NCBI GenBank assembly: GCA_963812015.1
Contig: CAWETI010000002.1
Coordinates: 896,001 to 960,000 of the forward strand
Reading direction: 5' to 3'
Length of the DNA: 64,000 nt
Origin: an uncultured delta proteobacterium
Lineage (GTDB): Bacteria; Desulfobacterota; Desulfobaccia; Desulfobaccales; 0-14-0-80-60-11
Within the stretch, counting starts at the first letter, position 1, and each line of letters starts with the position of its first letter. Under the pieces are notes generated by a model. That model had not been told where the DNA came from. It worked only from the letters and a program-made list of their open reading frames with translations, and searched no databases. The position numbers and the translations under genes were made by a program. Shown piece by piece: positions 60,763-64,000 of this stretch.

Positions 60763-61986
60763 ATGAATAAAGCCATGCTCGTGGTCATGGACGGTCTGGG
60801 AGATCGGCCCCTCAAGGAACTGGGTGGTCTCACTCCCCTGGAGGCGGCCCACACCCCTAACCTGGATGCTTTGGCCGCCCGGGGCATCACCGGCCTCATG
60901 AACTCCCTGGGCGTGGGGTTGCGCCCCGGCAGCGACACCAGCCATCTGGCCATTCTGGGCTACGACATCGAGCGCTACTACACCGGGCGGGGGACCATCG
61001 AAGTGGCAGGGCTGGGCATGGACCTGGAGGCGGGGGATGTGGCCCTCCGGGGCAACCTGGGCACGGTGGACGATCAATTGGTGGTGGTGGACCGGCGGGC
61101 CGGCCGCATCACCGACACCGGCCCCTTCGTGAAAGACCTGGATGGCCTGACCTATGAGGGCGTCACCCTGAGGGTCCGCCCCGGCACCGGGCACCGGGCC
61201 GGCATCATCCTCCGGGGGCCGAATCTGAGCTTCCGCATCAGCGATAACGATCCCCACGAGGTGGGGGTCAAGGTCCACGAAGTCCGCCCCCTGGACGACT
61301 CCCAGGAAGCCGCCTTCACCGCCAAGGTATTGAATCACTTCCTGGCGGAAGCCCACCGCATCCTGAGCCAAAATCCCCTCAACCAGGAACGGGTGGCGAC
61401 GGGCTTGCCCCCGGCCAATTATTTGTTAGGCCGGGGAGCCGGCTATTATAAGAAGATTGAGCCGTTCCAGGCGCGCTACGGCCTCAAGGCCTGCACCATC
61501 GCCGGCGGCGGCTTATATAAGGGCATCGGCTCCTTCACCGGCATGGACGTGATCCCGGTCCCCGGGGCCACCGGGCTCCCCAACACCGACATCGAGGCCA
61601 AGTTCAGGGCGGGCCTTGACGCCCTGGCCGGGGCTTACGACTTCGCCTTTGTCCACGTCAAGGCCGCGGATACCTTCGGGGAGGACGGCGACTACCTGGG
61701 CAAGATGAATTTCATCAACAAGATCGACTTGGCCTTCCGGCTCCTAAAGGACGCGCCCTGCCTCCTGGCGGTGACCGCGGACCACTCCACCCCCTGCATC
61801 TTGAAGAAACACTCCGGGGACCCGGTGCCCATCATGATGGTGGGGGACGGCGCCGTGCGCCCCGATGACGTCACCGCCTTTAACGAGCGGGCCTGCGGCC
61901 GGGGCGCCATGGGCCGGCTCACCGGCCTCATGGTCATGCCGGAGATCATCAATCTGCTGGGATTGGCGAAGTTGATCGGGGATTGA
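60763..61986 (+). CDS. apgM: 2,3-bisphosphoglycerate-independent phosphoglycerate mutase (archaeal-type)
   Basis: DGLGDRP, TPLEAA.TPNLD, PGSDT.HL.I.GY, DRRAGRI, HVK..D, TADHSTP, HSGDPVP. Confidence 0.93.
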   Translation: MNKAMLVVMDGLGDRPLKELGGLTPLEAAHTPNLDALAARGITGLMNSLGVGLRPGSDTSHLAILGYDIERYYTGRGTIEVAGLGMDLEAGDVALRGNLGTVDDQLVVVDRRAGRITDTGPFVKDLDGLTYEGVTLRVRPGTGHRAGIILRGPNLSFRISDNDPHEVGVKVHEVRPLDDSQEAAFTAKVLNHFLAEAHRILSQNPLNQERVATGLPPANYLLGRGAGYYKKIEPFQARYGLKACTIAGGGLYKGIGSFTGMDVIPVPGATGLPNTDIEAKFRAGLDALAGAYDFAFVHVKAADTFGEDGDYLGKMNFINKIDLAFRLLKDAPCLLAVTADHSTPCILKKHSGDPVPIMMVGDGAVRPDDVTAFNERACGRGAMGRLTGLMVMPEIINLLGLAKLIGD

Positions 61987-61987
61987 T

Positions 61988-62070
61988 TTTCTCGAGGGGA
62001 GGACCGGGGGACGCCCTTACGAAAAATTCCCCCGCCCTCCCCTCAAACTCCCCACCCCACCCCCTGTATG
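61988..62070. repeat. GC-rich palindromic repeat family, copy B (partial)
   Basis: gaggggaggaccggggga..ttcccccgccctcccctcaaactcccc. Confidence 0.8.
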
Positions 62071-62204
62071 AGAAGCAAGGAATCCGGGACCGCTGGCCCC
62101 GACTTTTTGAGGCTAACGCAACTGCCCTCCGAGGTGTAGGTCTTAGTCACCGAGGCGCTGGTATTGATTGCAAAATATCCATTTCGCCATAAGTCAATTT
62201 TTTC

Positions 62205-62266
62205 CGTAGGGGCGGACCCATGTATCCGCCCTGTTCGGGTGGCGCACACGTAAGGGGCGCCCCGAC
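62205..62266. repeat. GTAG-type REP pair
   Basis: cgtaggggcggacccatgtatccgccc ... ggcgcacacgtaaggggcgccccgac. Confidence 0.6.
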
Positions 62267-62308
62267 CAAGCTAGGTCCAGAGATATCCGGTAACCAGGGA
62301 GACGCCTC

Positions 62309-62602
62309 ATGCCTGTCTATCTCATCATCGATATCAACATTATCGACCAGGAAGTGTATGCCGAATACGTGGAGCAAGTGCCGGCGGTGGTGGAGAAATA
62401 CGGCGGGACCTATCTGGTGCGGGGCGGCGAGGTGTTCACCCTGGCAGGCGGCTGGAAGCCCGAACGGATCGTCCTAGTGGAATTCGATGCCATCGACCAG
62501 GTCCAGGAATTTTTTACCTCGTCGGAGTACCTGGCCCTGGCCCCTCTCCGGGAGCAGTCCTCTACTTCCCGGGCCATCGTCGTCGAAAGTTATGAGGCGT
62601 GA
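62309..62602 (+). CDS. DUF1330 family protein
   Basis: Y.EY...VP..V.KYGG.YLVRGG, R.VLVEF, EY. Confidence 0.9.
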   Translation: MPVYLIIDINIIDQEVYAEYVEQVPAVVEKYGGTYLVRGGEVFTLAGGWKPERIVLVEFDAIDQVQEFFTSSEYLALAPLREQSSTSRAIVVESYEA

Positions 62603-62688
62603 ACCACCTCTGGCCGCTCATTGAGGAACCTCAGCTTTCCTTTGACCTTTTCCCGTGCCCCCGGAGCGTTTTTTAGTATAATACCCCC

Positions 62689-63585
62689 GTGGATTTACTC
62701 ACCTTCGTCCAACAGCTCATCAACGGCCTCTCCCTGGGCAGTCTCTATGCCCTCATCGCCATCGGCTACACCATGGTGTACGGCATCCTCCGGCTCATCA
62801 ACTTTGCCCACGGGGACCTGCTGATGGTGGCGGCTTACGTCGCGGTCATGGGGGTGGGGCTGTTTGCCTGGCCCTGGCCCCTGGCCTTCGGCCTGGCCAT
62901 CGGGCTCACCGGCCTCATGGGGGTGCTGCTGGAGCGGGGCGCTTACCGGCCCCTGCGCCGGGCCCCCCGGATTTCCCTGTTGATTTCGGCCATTGCCGCC
63001 TCCTTTCTGCTGGAAAACCTGGCCCTGGTGATCGCCGGGGGCCGGGCCCAGCCCTTCCCCGTGCCCCGGATGTTCGCCGGGGCTTTTGCCTGGGGCGGGC
63101 TCTTCGTACCTCGCCTCAGCCTCCTCATCCCCTTGATCACGGCAGGGCTCCTGGTGGGGCTCTTCATCATCATCTACCGCACTGCCGCCGGCCGAGCCAT
63201 GCGGGCCATCGCCCGGGACCTGGAAACCGTCAGCCTCATGGGCATCGACGTCAACCGGATCATCGCCTTCACCTTTCTCATCGGCTCGCTCCTGGCCGGG
63301 GCCGGGGGGCTCCTGTGGGCCATGAAGTATCCCCAGGTGAACCCGTTTATGGGGATTTTGCCGGGGCTCAAGGCCTTTATCGCCGCGGTCCTGGGAGGGA
63401 TCGGCAACGTCGCCGGCGCGGTCCTGGGGGGGCTGCTCCTGGGCCTCCTGGAAGTCATGATAGTGGCCTTCTTCCCGGCCTGGGCCGGCTACCGGGACGC
63501 GGTGGCCTTCACCCTGCTCATCGTGCTGCTCCTGGTGCGGCCCACGGGCCTGCTGGGAGAGGCGCTGGGCGAGGAAAAGTTATAG
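62689..63585 (+). CDS. livH: Branched-chain amino acid ABC permease LivH
   Basis: QQLINGL.LGSLYALIAIGYTMVYG.L.LINFAHG, GRAMRA, KAF.AAVLGGIG. Confidence 0.95.
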   Translation: MDLLTFVQQLINGLSLGSLYALIAIGYTMVYGILRLINFAHGDLLMVAAYVAVMGVGLFAWPWPLAFGLAIGLTGLMGVLLERGAYRPLRRAPRISLLISAIAASFLLENLALVIAGGRAQPFPVPRMFAGAFAWGGLFVPRLSLLIPLITAGLLVGLFIIIYRTAAGRAMRAIARDLETVSLMGIDVNRIIAFTFLIGSLLAGAGGLLWAMKYPQVNPFMGILPGLKAFIAAVLGGIGNVAGAVLGGLLLGLLEVMIVAFFPAWAGYRDAVAFTLLIVLLLVRPTGLLGEALGEEKL

Positions 63586-63588
63586 AAC

Positions 63589-63787
63589 TTTGAGGGGAGG
63601 GCCGGGGGAAGTAAATTCCCCCGCCCTCCCCTCAAACTCCCCTCCCAACCCCCTATAAGGGGACCGGGAGAAGTCGAGGCCAGCCTCGACTTCTCCCGGC
63701 TATGCCACCCCTTAGGGGATTGGGGGTAGGGGTGTGGGGGAGGGGGTAAGGGCACTTACGAAAAAGCCCTTAGCCCCCTTCCCCACC
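63589..63787. repeat. GC-rich palindromic repeat family, copy C (longest, with extra internal hairpin)
   Basis: Same core as copies A and B plus the palindrome ccgggagaagtcgaggc..gcctcgacttctcccgg. Confidence 0.85.
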
Positions 63788-63812
63788 ACCATCGCTCCGA
63801 AGGAGTAAACCC

Positions 63813-64000
63813 ATTCGCACGCGCTACCTAACCCTGGCCTTCCTGGTCCTGCTGTTTCTGCTCCTGTGGGGGGCAAGCCTTTGGGCCAACGAGTATCAGG
63901 TGCGGCTCCTGAACAACGTTGCCATTTTCATCACCTTGGCGGTGGCCTATAACCTGGTCAACGGGGTCTGCGGCCAGCTCCACCTGGGACCCAACGCCTT
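63813..64000 (+). CDS. livM: Branched-chain amino acid ABC permease LivM (5' part, runs off the window)
   Basis: Translation IRTRYLTLAFLVLLFLLLWGASLWANEYQVRLLNNVAIFITLAVAYNLVNGVCGQLHLGPNA follows livH; apparent ATT start after AAGGAG. Confidence 0.8.
   Translation, partial: MRTRYLTLAFLVLLFLLLWGASLWANEYQVRLLNNVAIFITLAVAYNLVNGVCGQLHLGPNA

Noticed and set aside
59883..63787. Repeats considered as a CRISPR array
   Set aside because: Copies are kilobases apart, separated by genes and variable in length; no cas genes
63827..63837. Exact 9-nt match to the IS110 left target guide (CCTAACCCT) inside livM
   Set aside because: The bases right of the core (GG) do not pair with the right guide; a 9-mer match can occur by chance in 64 kb

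Overview
GC-rich bacterial chromosomal window. Gene content and repeat style suggest a Desulfobacterota/deltaproteobacterial anaerobe (inference only). There are about 45 credible CDS. From left to right: an M32 carboxypeptidase; three glycosyltransferases including a GpgS-like enzyme; a PucC/BCD-family MFS transporter; an unusual operon of solute-binding lipoprotein, degenerate histidine kinase, MlaE and a catalytically dead ABC ATPase; an unannotated 54-aa Flp pilin; an intact IS110 element; a complete Mla/Pqi-type ABC operon; redox genes; a TetR-RND efflux operon; a NeuA-HAD fusion; an orphan MlaD plus TPR lipoprotein pair; TadE/TadG pseudopilins; a lower-GC surface-polysaccharide locus (wzm/wzt); a radical SAM enzyme; an orphan histidine kinase; rmuC; malQ/GH13; a proteasome-beta-like protein; apgM; and livH/livM. 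The best-supported find is the IS110 element (13804-14990). Its bridge RNA can be read directly from the sequence: the target-loop guides match the flanking DNA, the donor-loop guides match the element ends, the core is CT, and a TTGACA-17-TATGTT promoter forms only on circularisation. The bridge mechanism itself is known; this ortholog and its target are predicted here. Other highlights are a TadG with an ice-binding-like (DUF3494-type) beta-solenoid, rmuC in integron-cassette-like form, the pseudo-kinase/pseudo-ATPase operon, and a divergent Thr1 Ntn/proteasome-like protein. No tRNA, rRNA or CRISPR array was seen. All family calls come from motifs recognised by eye; no database searches were run.
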